Below, piece by piece: positions 41,056 to 54,300 of a DNA stretch of 64,000 bases. The stretch spans positions 156,860,001-156,924,000 of the forward strand of contig OZ024742.1 in NCBI GenBank assembly GCA_964016885.1, read 5' to 3'. Position numbers and translations under genes: made by a program. The notes beneath the pieces were generated by a model. That model saw only the letters and a program-made list of their open reading frames with translations. It made no database searches and was not told where the DNA came from. The DNA is from Eledone cirrhosa (taxonomy: Eukaryota). The first letter of the stretch is position 1; each line of letters begins with the position of its first letter.

Positions 41056-43629
41056 GGTGTGGGTGTGTGCGAATGTGTATCACTTAAATTTCCGATCACA
41101 TATAACTATTAAATTTCATTTCGAAAATAATAATTTCATTTCCAAACTGAAGATAGGAATCAATCATATGAGCAACATCAATATTATTCATTAGGTTATA
41201 TTCGACATAGGCTAGTTACGCATTCATGGACATTAACTCGTTAAACGGACCGTACATAAAATGAATAGTATTTCACTAAACACACTTCATATAAGAACCT
41301 GTATTATGAAGATTACATGCTAAAATGCTATTTTTACATGGATATATATAATATATACACATGATGAATTTTTTTTTGTAAACCTTTCGCCCGATACCAC
41401 GGTATCCATATTTGTCGCAAGGAAATAATTTGTCTATATTTGTCTCTGGGAAGTAATTCAATAGCTTATATGTTTCATTGGTTTCGTAGTATACTTAATG
41501 TATTAGATTTTATCTCTCATGTTTTATGCAATGCTAATAAGATAAAGACAAATTTGCCTTAATACATGAGAATATATATTTAGATACCAAGTATATGTGA
41601 AACAATTTATTTAAGCAGACAGAAAAATGGATTTCTCATATAGCTATGCTTTAAATTCGAAAATTTAAGTATGGTACACCCGCGTCAGAGGGGGCAATCA
41701 ATTAACAGAATAAGGAAATTTCATATAAAAAAGAGCCAATAACCAAAAAATGATGAAATGTCATTTTGCATGTAGCACCACAACTTTACCCTTGACTGCT
41801 GTGTCCCATCTGTGTAGCAGACCCAGCTGTTAAAAGAGATTGACTGTATTATAGTGTTATGGTATAATCAACTCAAAATATCACACCTTCCAAAATATGA
41901 TCATGTCATCAGCCCAGGCTACAAATAGTCTGCCAAAAGTAATAATATAATTATTTCAAATCTGATTAATAAACTATTGGTTATTTAAAAGATATCATCT
42001 GGGAGTATAAAACAAAGACTTTAAATAACTTGATATTATATACTGAGCATAGTAGATTTCTGTTAAACAAATGTAGCTATTCAAGTCAAATCTGATAAAG
42101 TTTGATAAACAATGTGGTGGTTCAGATATTGTGTGATTATGAAGAGGAAATAGACATTTCTAAAAGCATACAGAGTAATGTAATACCTTCCCAAATATAA
42201 TATATTGAATATGTCAAATAAATATAATGGCGTTTTGCCAGATACATTATAACTTTGGCAAATCTACCGATAGGAAAACATTTACAACAAAGGAAAGCAG
42301 GAGAAAAACTAAGAAAATGTATTTTAATGACAGAGCAGCTGTAATATTTAAACTGAAGAATACGGTTTTCAATGATATTTAAGCCACAACAATTTGCTGA
42401 AAAGGAAATAATAATCCAGTTCTTAACATGCATATTAATACATTTTCAACCAGCTCATCAGCTACGATGTAGAATTTATCTTTTTAATTATGTTAATTAA
42501 TTCAAAACTTTATAATCAATCAAATATTTAGAAAATTATTCTAATAATTATTTGGCCAATACACGAAAATTATATACCTAAATTCTCATCACTTAAACAT
42601 ACTATTGTTGATAATATGCTACGTATGTAATATGTGGAGTAAGGCAAAATGAAATATATTTCTAAAAGTAATTTATTTAATATTGGTTTCTTCATCAGGT
42701 TATGTATACAGAAAAAATCTAAAATTGAAATATTTGTTAAAAGGAATCTAATTCTATTCTTTGATTGACGAATTTCTGATTTCAGCAGAACAAAAAAAGA
42801 AAATGTAAATATTCTTGCTAGTATTACAGGATGAATGTTTTATATGATATAAAATGGGTTATCTTATAAAGTATCGAATAATTCCAAATTGTGGTTTTTG
42901 AAAGTGTGTAATTATTCGAGTGGTAAAATGTATCACTAATTATTATCAGTTATGTTTCCAGTTGCGATGAAATGTACACTTGGAATTTGCCTCTCTGATA
43001 TAATATTATACCAGCAACGTAATCTGAGTAATACCTAATGACGTTCCTTGAGTGACAGAAATAATAAATCGTTCACAAAATAGTGAAATACAATTTTTGA
43101 TATCTAACAAGAATACGTGAATATGTTTTCTTTAACAAAATTACCTGAATACCACTCATGAGAAATTTAACTTACAATTTGGATTTGAAGCAATCAAGAA
43201 ATATATAATGGAAATAATAGATTGTTGATTGTGTCAACAAATACCTTAAATTCTACTGCACTTCGTCCGATATCACATATACACTTCCATATAGGCTCTC
43301 CGTTAAAGACCCTTTATTTTTCCAGGTGAGCTTCAGAAATGTTATGTTCATTTATTTTCGCATCGTTATACACAAAATATTACCAAATTACAACCCTTAG
43401 TTTATCTAACCACTCTATATATCTATTTTTACCTCGCTATTTCTCTCTTTGGTGATTACACTTCTGCCTTTTGGAACTCTTGCACACTCGAAGCAAATGG
43501 AAACATGCAACCACTACAAAATATTTTCAATAAAGGGTGATAAATTTGGAACTATTTCAGAAATATCAAATAGTGGCATACAATGATTCATGTGAACGAA
43601 ATATGACAGCATAATTAGTGAATTAAATA

Positions 43630-43659
<30 letters not shown>

Positions 43660-43664
<5 letters not shown>

Positions 43665-43884
43665 TTTCTGAATTTGTTTAGCAAGATTCTTCACTGTAGA
43701 GGTCAAAGAATGTGTGACGAAAGAACTTTGACAATATATAAACAACCATCCGGTTGTGGAATCAACCAACCATCCGGAAATTTATAAATTCCTAAATTTA
43801 TAAATTTATTATAATAAATTGAAGTGAAACCTACTGCTGCGCGTGTTTCTTATTGGCAACATGACCCTCCCAAGTATAACAATA

Positions 43885-43886
<2 letters not shown>
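43660..43886 (+). mobile_element. R-E family fragment
   Basis: Matches 51118-51316, preceded by an inverted piece matching 51345-51373; mutated HHR core CTGTAGA; (TA)n flanks. Confidence 0.8.
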
Positions 43887-43945
<59 letters not shown>

Positions 43946-43950
<5 letters not shown>

Positions 43951-44410
43951 GATTGATGCTCTGAAATAGCGATGGATTACATGAATATATGTATAGTATA
44001 TTTGGCAATACACCGTATGTTTAATTAAAAACATTTTGAAGACCATACGCTATCGGTTTTAATGTAGTGACTATGTCACTTACTTCTTTTCGGCGTTTAC
44101 ATCTGATCGGTGAATACATCGCTATTTCACAGCACCAATCCTAATACCTAATCTTTGCTGGACCGGCAATCGCTCTGTATAATCAGCTCCTGGTTATTAC
44201 TTGAATTCTATAAGAATCCAGCTTCTTTAATTTTCGGTGGAAGCAGGGAGTGCGTGGCTCTGATGATCGCCAAACAGCGTGAAACAGACTGTTAGCTTCT
44301 CTCCATTCTTTCGCCGAAAAGAAGTGACATAGTCATTACTTTAAAACCGATAGTGTATGGTCTTCAAAATGTTTTTAATTAAACATACGGTGTATTTCCA
44401 AATACATATA
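43946..44410 (+). mobile_element. R310 family element: inverted segment plus a permuted monomer with HHR
   Basis: 43946-43973 mirrors 44117-44145 and 43995-44095 mirrors 44312-44410; HHR at 44256-44297. Confidence 0.82.
44256..44297 (+). ncRNA. minimal type I hammerhead ribozyme
   Basis: ggct CTGATGA t-cgc caaaca gcg-t GAAA cagactg TT agct. Confidence 0.75.
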
Positions 44411-44442
44411 CATACATTCCTATATATATAAATAAAGGGATA

Positions 44443-44486
<44 letters not shown>

Positions 44487-44577
44487 GGGAGCGAAAGAGA
44501 GAGAAAGGGACAGATGTATGTGTATGTATTTGTGCGAGTGTAAAATTGTGTGTGTGAAAATACCTTTCTACACTCAT

Positions 44578-44761
44578 TGGTGCATTGACAGTATAGGTAG
44601 AGGGTCGGACGCCATGTTTTCCAGCAAGGTTACGTCCTTTTACGACCTGGTTCAAATCCGGCCGAGGTTGACTTTGCCTTTCATCCTTACGGGGTCGATA
44701 AAATAAAGTACCAGTAATGCACTGGATAATTTCCCGCCTTGTGCCTAAAGTAGAAACAATT
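44578..44761 (+). mobile_element. tRNA-derived SINE
   Basis: Full match to the SINE consensus, B box ggttcaaatcc. Confidence 0.9.
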
Positions 44762-46282
44762 ATATACATGTTATCGTCATGCACTTATATATGTTAGTTG
44801 GTTTTTTCTCCATTGTAATCATGTTTTAACGTTATGTGTGTGTTATTAGATAGTCAATAAGTGTGTAACGGTATAAGATCTCGTAGAATTGTCTCTACTT
44901 ATACTGATACTCAATTTGTAGGCTTTTATCTTTAGTGATAATCCATTCTCATTAGGAAGAAATATGGTTTGTTTTTTCTTAAATTCTATCGCTTCATTAA
45001 CAAACCTAAATATTTCAGCACTATTGTTAAAAGGTCAATTGCATATTTTCGTATAATCTTTTTTTGTAGTTGATAGACTCACAATGCAGTCTTATATTTA
45101 CCATCTACCATGTATATATTTCATCCCATTAGGAAATGTTGCATTGTGACAGTACTTCATTTTGTAGATGTTAACAATCGTGTAAAAACAAAGTTGAGCT
45201 GTGTCACTGTAATATATGTTTTATATTATCTTAGAAATGAAATCGCTAATTTCATCTCACGTGCTCAATGAAACGTTGATTATATATGAAATAAGTATTG
45301 CCTTAAGTAGAATCCTTTACAGAATTTATAGTACAAGATACGATGATTAAACTCAAGGAAATAATTCGGCCAGTTAATAGCTACTAATTTTAAAATGTCG
45401 AAAGCTATATATGTACTCATATACGATATTTTGTAGAGATGGCTTGGCGACGCTTTTCAATATAAATTCTAAATGTATAGATATTGTTGTTCTTGTTTAA
45501 TTTGTTTAGTGCCAATTGATCTCTAAAGGTGAGTCGTATGACAAACTTTATCTCGCATGAGATCATTTTAAATTGTTTTCTCGGATAGTGTACCAGGAAG
45601 GAAAATAGAAAGGAGTCGTACCTTTTTGAAAATGGTTATGTGAGATTTGTGTGAAATATGGCTATTTCTATGAAGACGAACAATAACGTAAATTTTACAA
45701 GCTCAGAGCAGTTGAAGTCCAAATGTTAATCGAGACCCAGCAGATATGATCCCAAAACAAATCAGTTCTGACCCTATATGTTTTTTGTGCCCTTATGTTT
45801 TACATATGCTATCTTCAGATTAGAAATGCAGTTGGGTAATATTTTCAGCAAGATGAGTGAAGGGAGAAGAGCTTCTTCAGTGGAGTAGTTCAGTGAAGTA
45901 AATTTCCAATATCCGTCTCGAATAAAGCTTCACTAGAGTGCATCAAATATGATGTAAGCAATATGTTTTTGACGTAATATTCACTACTAAGCTTGTAAAT
46001 TAATAAAAATATTTGTATAATTTCCGAAATTGAACAAGTTGAATACAAATATATTTTAGTATGGTATCATATATGAACATATTCAATGTGGTATATGAGA
46101 GATAATATGTGGGTGATATGAGTGACTGCAGGGTTCAATATAATTATTTTACATGAAATAAATCATTTGTGTTAATTACTTCGGGAGGTCCCTCGCTTGG
46201 ATATCAATAGTTAATTTAGAGTTAAGATATATAAATGTATTAAGCGCAAAGTATCAAAGTATAAATTGGCATGCGATGAGGA

Positions 46283-47259
46283 GATTCTATCTCGCGTCCT
46301 ACGGACGTGTTTTGATATTCTTATTGAGGAATCCTCTTGATAAGTCGGCAGACCTCACAAAAATTATATATCTCTGTGATGTAGTGTTTTTGCATAATAT
46401 GCCACGAAACTACGTAGTCGGGGACTAAATAAGCAGTTTGGGTATGATATATCTTGGCAGTATCGGTAGAGGGTCGGACGCCATGCTTTCCCGCATAGAG
46501 TTACGGCCCTTGCCATTCCGAGTTCAAATCCCGCCGAGGTTGACTTTGCCTTTCATTCTTACGGGGTCGATAAAATAAAGTACCAGTAATGCACTGAGTA
46601 ATTGCTGGCCTTGTCCCTAAATTAGAAACAATTAATAATATCTAATGTTTCTTCTCTCTTCATAATGTACTATATAGCTCTGATACTGAATCAATCTAAT
46701 CCATTCGGATTAGTTTATCCCAGTTAATCATAGCGCAACATCGGTTGAGGGTTGTACCACTAACTCAAGGATATATGTGGATATATTCATGTATATGTAT
46801 GTGTCCGCATGTAGCTGTGTGTTTCTCTATATATTGTTTATAACTCCCTTTGGTCGAGTAACCTTTGAAGTGTAGTGACAGCTGGAAAGCTACAATTACA
46901 CATACTTCTCACCGCATTAGCCACCTCTTCTACGGCTTTGATATAAGTACCCCCTCCGCGTCCGTGGTATTTTATTCAGGCTTATAAGAGGCTTAGCTCT
47001 GTTTCTTGACCGCTGTATCACGTGATTGACTCCCCCTCCGCCTTTCGGGATTCTATCTCGCGTCCTACGGACGTATTTTGAAACTCTTAATGAGGTAACC
47101 TCATGATAAGTCGGCAGACCTCACAACAATTCTATATCTCTGTGATGTAATGTTTTTGCACAATATGCCACGAAACTACGTAGTCGGGGACTAAAGAGGC
47201 AATTTGTGTATGATATGTCTTATTATTAATTATATCTAATGTTTCTTCTCTCTTCATAA

Positions 47260-47260
<1 letters not shown>
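46283..47260 (+). mobile_element. element with about 205-bp direct repeats (monomer about 585 bp), each repeat with an HHR-like motif (family R585)
   Basis: gattctatctcgcgtcctacggacg at 46283 and 47049; motif CTGTGA..tgccac GAAA ctacgtag TC gggga; the first repeat is interrupted by a SINE. Confidence 0.7.
46455..46632 (+). mobile_element. tRNA-derived SINE
   Basis: Consensus match; the empty site is visible in the second repeat near 47220. Confidence 0.92.
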
Positions 47261-47331
<71 letters not shown>

Positions 47332-47344
47332 TATATACACACAC

Positions 47345-47412
<68 letters not shown>

Positions 47413-47427
47413 ATGTGTGTTCCACCT

Positions 47428-48025
47428 TTAGCTAAAGTACCCGTCCTTTGGACGGTTCAAGTAACTTTCGATGTAGCTCATTAAACTAAACAAAGTATAT
47501 TTGAATACATAGAAGGAAAACGTACTTTATGTAAACATGAAAACATTAGGCTCTATTCATGCGAAATAATTAATATGTGAGCTCCGTGTCATCCGTTAGT
47601 AATCTGTTATACATTGCTGGTTGTGAAATATACAAAATGATATTGTTAGTCTCAAGTAAGCGTACCTTTTGTTTCAAGTACAAAGAGTAAAGTAAAATCC
47701 GAATGAGCCGAATTGCAATAATCAAAATCCCAACATAAAACATGAGTTCCTATTGTATTGACGAAAGATAACTCTTGTCTTACCTAAAGATAACTCTTGT
47801 CTTACTTAATCACGAAAATTGACACAAATAACCGAACATTTGTTATTGTCACAAAGGCCTCAATATCGAATTATGAAAGCCTTCGTAGATCGTATACAGC
47901 GTTTGTGCAAGGAGAAGCTCTGTAAAAAATTTCAAAGAAATTGCATGAATGGTTTAGAAAATATGAGCCCTCATTAAAAATTGTCCACACACACATACAC
48001 ACACACAGAAAACTTCATCTATATA
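47428..48025 (-). mobile_element. non-autonomous Helitron-like element
   Basis: Minus strand begins tatagatgaagttttc followed by (TG)n and ends with hairpin ccgtcc-aaa-ggacgg, then gtactttagCTAA (CTAG-like); same layout as 51385-54783. Confidence 0.55.
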
Positions 48026-48199
48026 TATATATATATAAATATATATACAAACACACACATATATATATATGTTTGTGTGTGTGTGTGTGTTCCTCCTTTA
48101 CCAGTTGCACTCAATGACTGAGAGAATCAAATAAATAATCAATTAATGTAGCTGTTGAAAAGGCGAAAGCTCAGGCGTCGGGGTCCTCATTCCTTCATG

Positions 48200-48254
<55 letters not shown>

Positions 48255-48419
48255 GTGTGTGTGTGTCTGTGTCTGTATATATATATAAAAATTTGATAAA
48301 TTTAAGAAGCCGTTAGAATGCAGGTGGTTTTGAAATACCAAGGCAAAGAAGTTGGAAGCCAATTTAGAGACAGGGAAAATAAAAGTGCAAGTATGAATAA
48401 TTATGATCGTCGTAATATA

Positions 48420-49190
48420 TTGGTTTCTCATATAGGCACAAGGTCCGCAATTTGGGGGGAGATGAAAAGTCGATTAAATGGATCCCAGTGCGTGACTGGT
48501 ACTTTATGTTATCGAATCCGTAAGGATGAAAGGCAAAGTTAACCTCAGTGAGATTTGAAATAAGTCCGTAAAGGGACGTAACTCTATGTTGTAGAGCATG
48601 GCGTTCGACTCTCTACCGATACTGCCAATCCACCGCCCTCAACTTTGTAATATATTAATGCCAATATTTCAGATTTCACATCAATTATCAATAATTCGTT
48701 ATTGTCTTCTTTAATCGCTAATATATAAATATTTTTTTTTAATAAACAGATTATAGGAAAAAATATTTCTCGATTTTTTGGTGGATTTACCCTTACGGAC
48801 AACTTTGATAATTGTTTCTATTTTTAGCACAAGACCAGCAATTAACCAGTGCGTTAGTGGTGCTTTATTTTATCGACCCCGTAAGGATGAAAGGCAAAGT
48901 TAACCTCGGCGAGATTTGAACTCAGATCGTAAATGACCGTAACTCTATGCTGCAAAGCATGGCGTCTGAACCTCTACCGATACTGCCAATGACCACCTTG
49001 ATAATTGTTTCTACTTTAGGCACAAGGCCAGCAATGACCCAGTGCATTACTGGTACTTTATTTTATCGACCCCGTAAGGATGAAAGGCAAAGTCCACCTC
49101 GGCGGGATTTGAACTCAGATCGTAAAGGGACGTAACTATGCTGGAAAGCATGGCCTCCGACCCTCTACCGATACTGCCAATGACCACCTT
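48420..49190 (-). mobile_element. three same-strand SINE copies (48420-48637, 48810-48997, 49002-49190)
   Basis: Consensus matches; the last two are head-to-tail, and the first is a longer variant. Confidence 0.92.
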
Positions 49191-50764
49191 GATAATAATT
49201 ACAAATCAGACCTATCTTGATCAATACATTGGTATGGTATAATCAATCAATTGCTCTTGACATTTTATTTTCCTCCGTTTCCTACGCTTTGCGTTTTACG
49301 TCACTGCTATCTACAGGCTTTGTTGCTTTGGTACTTGAAACTGTTGTAACGGCTTCCCAAACATTTTTCCACTGGAACTGCAAAGAATACATAGTTTTCT
49401 CAAATGTATACATCGACTGATTAGCTACATTTGCATACCTAGCGATTTTACGGCCGTCTTTGTCGGAAATTAAAAAGACTAAATTTGTTTTCGCTCTTAA
49501 CATGGTGGGTAGCAGTGACGAGAAAACACACACTTGATAAGAAGCGAAATAGACCGAAACGATTTTCGATTGTTTTCCCTGAGCTATCACTGAAACAAAA
49601 GGATTACGTTAGTGATCTAACACGTGTTGTTTATTATGCTGTTTGCTTGCATACAAACAGAATATTAAAGATGTTATGATATTATTGGGTCATTCCATCG
49701 CAAATCACAAAGAGGGTCCCAGGTCACCCCCTCAGGACCCCCTACAAAATTAATACTAGCTCCTTCACCTATATAATGGAAAATTATCAACTATCTTTGA
49801 TAGTTTTGAAATTAAAGGCATTTAAAATATTAATTAATTATACATTTTTTTCCGAACGAGCCTATCGAACCAGATTGAGACAGCCTTTTCTCCTCTAATA
49901 AGATAAGCACAACTTGAAATCATGTGTTTGGTTGTAAATGTTGCTGTATGTTTCAAATATCTTATGAAATCAAATGTATTATTTCTGTACAAAAGGTGGG
50001 AATAGAGTGATAATTTTGTTCAGATCACTTGAAATCATTGGATAGAGAGGTGTAGCCATAAAGTAGCAGTAGCAATGGTTGTAGGTGTGTTTTTTTGTTT
50101 TTTTTTAAATATCTCACCACAAAGAGACCTGTAACAGACAGGCTGAAGCACACACACACCACTCCCCCCCCCCCACACACACGTGTGTAATTTTATATAT
50201 GCGCCCTCACACTACACACACTCCCTAAAACCATATTACGAATATAGAATTTCTTTTACAACCCTATTGTTGCTAATCCCATATAATTTGTCTTTAGCTT
50301 ACAATTCCCACCTAACACTCGCCACCCTCATCTAAACTCTTGACCATTCCATTAACACAACTGAGACACACACACACATTTACAGAATATATCCTTTCCC
50401 ACCCAAAACAATTTTGTTCTGCGAAGAAACACACCTACCACAACTGCTACTGTTACTTTACACAAAAGTTCATTCTCCTGTCTCCTCAACAAGTTTTAAT
50501 TCTTATTAATTATTTTTAATTGTAATAATCAACATTTGATAACATGAATTTTAATAATACATCGAAACCGGTAATACTATATATACATTATAAAACTCTT
50601 TTTTAAAAGAATTGTCCCTCTCAGTTTTCAACAATGTCATTTTGACAAATCAAAGATAGGAAAAAAAAAAGAAAAACAGACCCTACAATATATTTTCCGC
50701 GCTATTTCCAACTTCACGTTTTCTCTATAACGCCAGTTTTGTATAGAACCTTACTTCACTTTTC

Positions 50765-50800
<36 letters not shown>

Positions 50801-50806
<6 letters not shown>

Positions 50807-51375
50807 ATACTTTGGGAGGGTCATGTTGCCAATAAGAAACACACGCACCAGTTGCTTTCACTTCAATTTATTATATATTTATAAATTTACAACTTACAAT
50901 TAAGGACAAAATGAAAACACACACACACATAGAACAAACAACCAACCAATAACATGTAAATAAATAAATAAATAAACAAATAGATAAATGAACATAAACA
51001 CACACAGACACCCGGATGTGGCGCATGCGCAAACTGAGCACACAACACACACACAGAAACAAAATGGCGTAGGACAGAAGAAAGGAAAGGCACAGGAACA
51101 AAGAAAGGAATCCCCAGTCACTGAAGAGGTCACAGAGTGTGTGACGAAAGGACTATGACTATATATAAACAACTATCTGGTTGTGGAACCAACCAACCTA
51201 CCAGAAATTTATAGGTTTGTAAATTTGTAAATTTTTAAATATATAATAAATTGAAGTGAAATCAACTGGTGCGTGTGTTTCTTATTGGCAACATGACCCT
51301 CCCAAAGTATAACAATATCGGTTTCAACACACGATTTCAGATAAATAATCTTGCCAAACAAATTCAGAAACGAAA
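50801..51375 (+). mobile_element. R-E family element with about 100-bp inverted repeats and an HHR
   Basis: 50801-50898 mirrors 51218-51316, with an unpaired tail to 51375; (TA)n flanks. Confidence 0.82.
51116..51160 (+). ncRNA. minimal type I hammerhead ribozyme
   Basis: agtca CTGAAGA g-gtcaca gagtg tgtgac GAAA ggac TA tgact. Confidence 0.75.
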
Positions 51376-51384
51376 TATATATAT

Positions 51385-54300
51385 ATATATATAAAGTGAA
51401 GTTTGGCGTTGTTTGTTTGTTTGTTTGTTTGGTGTCCCGAACTTGCAGGCTACACCGTTCATCCTATTTTCATGAAATATGACACATATACAAAACTCTA
51501 CCCGCAGACTGGAATACGCTACTTGAAATTTTCGAAAAATCGATAATTGGGCCCCGAGAAGCCAAATTTCGATATTTTCAAAAATCGTCTGATTTCGATG
51601 GGACTAGAAGCAAGTGTGTATTTTGATCGGGGGATAAACGGGGGCTACACTAAATTTTCGAGAAGTCGATAATTGGATCACCAGAGGCAAAAATCGATAT
51701 TTACGAAATTTGTCCGATTCCAATGAAATTTGCCGTAAGGATGTATTTTGATGTGGGGATCAACGTGGGGTACTTGAATTCCATAATCGGACCCCCAGCG
51801 GCAAAAATCGATATTTTCAGAATTCGTCCGGTTTCAATTAAATTTGATATTACCAGAATAATAGATCCATTAGGAATTACTCCAAGGCTGCAAACATCCA
51901 GAAAGTTTTTAAACACATAAACCATGCGTTAAATGAGACCTTTAAGTGTTAGGGCAGACAATTATTCATAGTTTAATTATCAATGGCGCAATATTGTGGA
52001 AATATGCAAATCTACGCCTTTCTTTATGGGAAAATGGACGGCTTTACAAACAGATATTCAGGGTTCTTTGAGTAGAATTCTTAATTCTTAAATAATTGTA
52101 CAATCAACAAAATATATGACAGAATGTTTTTCATATTTTTTTGAAAAATCTTTCGATTTCAATGAAATTTAATGTGTATGTATTCGAACGCAAACACTTT
52201 TAGTTTACAGCTGGCGCAATCAAAATCAATTTCATATGCCCATATAAGCACGTACACACTGTGACTCATGCGCGTTATTGATTGGATGGCCTGTCTATAC
52301 CACTAGCAGTATGTTTTCTCAACGATAGATACACAAACAGATATGCACGCACGTGCGAACCGCCTTTTTCTCTTTGTGTGTATCCGCTTTTTGTGAACAA
52401 CAATAAACCCGCTGTCTCACTAGACGGACCTTTACAGAATTTTCCCACTTACTTATCGATGAGTTAGTGCTTATTAAGTTCGACTACTTGCATGCCATTT
52501 CAGTTAAATTTAATTCATTTTTCGCCTTCCTTAAATTTAAAAATCCCCATTGAGACTAGGGATTGTCGACATCTTAGGGTAAAACTTTTCATATTCCGCC
52601 TTATTCAAGTGCAAATACATATTATCCCTATCTGAAAGGAATCCAAATTTAATGGTGTCATTTGTGACGCCAAAAGCTAAAAGCGGTGAGTATATTTTCA
52701 AACAGTCTTAAATCATCATGCTTTTTGAAAAAAAATTACTAAATAATACCTTGACCAAGTTGTATTGGACACATACAAAGTTGTAAAAAATGTTACGTCC
52801 ATACCAGTTTTTTCCTTTTTTTAAACAAAAGCTTCTAAAAAATTACTTAATTCATAACACTACTGTCACAGCCTTTTGCACAGGAAGTGAGTAAGGTTTC
52901 GAGTTTTTAAACGTAAGTTCACCAGGGTTTGTGTCTTTTCCATTATTAGCCCACCTCTAATAGCATTTTTTGTTCTGTTTACGACTAAATGTTATGAGCG
53001 TATTTGCAAATTGCTATTGTTTTTTTAATGTTTTTAATTAGTTGCCATAGACCATCTGCATGCAGTGCAATTGATTGCGCACACGTACATACCTGCTAGC
53101 AGATAAACACTGACAGGTACTAAAAAATCGATAATTTGCTTATTAAGACATCAGTCAAAAAGAGAGATTGAATGTACTTTAGAAAACTTTTTGAAAATAT
53201 TGTTCGTTTTGGCATGATATGTCAGAAATATAGCTACTATTTACTTTGGTTATTTTTTGTAACTAAGAAACGGTTTTTTTGGGATGGATACTTAACGAGA
53301 AAGATCCCAGGTTTGGGACAAGTTTGATTCAGGCGCTGTATAGGCGCCAATTTTGTCACACCTTGGTGATGGATTCATATTATTTTCCAATAGATACTGT
53401 ATTTTCCGCTCTATAAGGCTCACCGGGATATAAGGCGTATCATTTAAAATCAGGTCCGCGCAACGGCGTGTAAGGCCAACCAGTAAAATGCTATCTTCTT
53501 TACTTTTAGTCTAGATCTATTACTTTTGTTAGAGCCGTGATTGATTACCATTGTATTATTTATACATAAGGCTCACCGGAGTATAAAGCGCGGAGCTGTT
53601 TTTTGATGAAATTTAGGTAATTTAAGTGCACTTTATAGGCCTGATAATTCGTTATTATAATCATATTTCCAAACCTTCCCATTCACCAGTAACCATGCTC
53701 CCGAATCTGGTCTAACCTCTCTCTGTACTTAATCACCCCTCTCTAACCTAACAGCGTCGTTACACGTCGTTATGGCCACACGGAAACGTTCAAGACCTAC
53801 CTCCCAAAAAGATACAGCTACTGCTTTGAGACGATGAATTATGCGTTCTCAGGTATGCCTTCATTCACAATTGGTTAATCCCTTAATGTTAGCAAGCACT
53901 ACGTTTATCCTAACTGTCACCACGTTTAAGCAACTACAATATTCTAATCGTAGTTATATTAAATGTATTGACTAACCTTGATTCCCTTTTGTTCATATTA
54001 CATTTTTCTCATTGACTATTGGCACAGTGCCTTTGGATTAGCTAACTACTAGCATTAATTAACTTTCTCTAGGAAACACCTGCTCAGCGTGAATCTCAAC
54101 TCGCTGATAGACCTATTTCCCGGCTCGTTGAGTCACCAACGCCTTGCTGGCGTTCGCCTTCATCCCCAACATACGCTTGCAGAGGAGTCACCAACATCTC
54201 GTACGACGCGGCTTGCTGGCGTTCGCCATCGTCACCAACAAGCGCTTGCAGAGGAGTCACAAACATCCCGTCAGACGAGGCTTGCTGGGGTTCGCCTTCA

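Noticed and set aside
49282-49590. 102-aa minus-strand ORF with splice-like motifs
   Set aside because: No recognisable domain and no supporting neighbouring exons; would need RNA-seq or a homology search
49687-49760. gggtcattccat... as a DNA-transposon terminus
   Set aside because: No matching inverted end was found in the window
51530-51850. Regularly recurring aaatcgatattttc...tccgatttcaatgaaattt motifs as a CRISPR-like array
   Set aside because: Degenerate subterminal repeats of a eukaryotic Helitron; the spacers are related to each other and there are no cas genes
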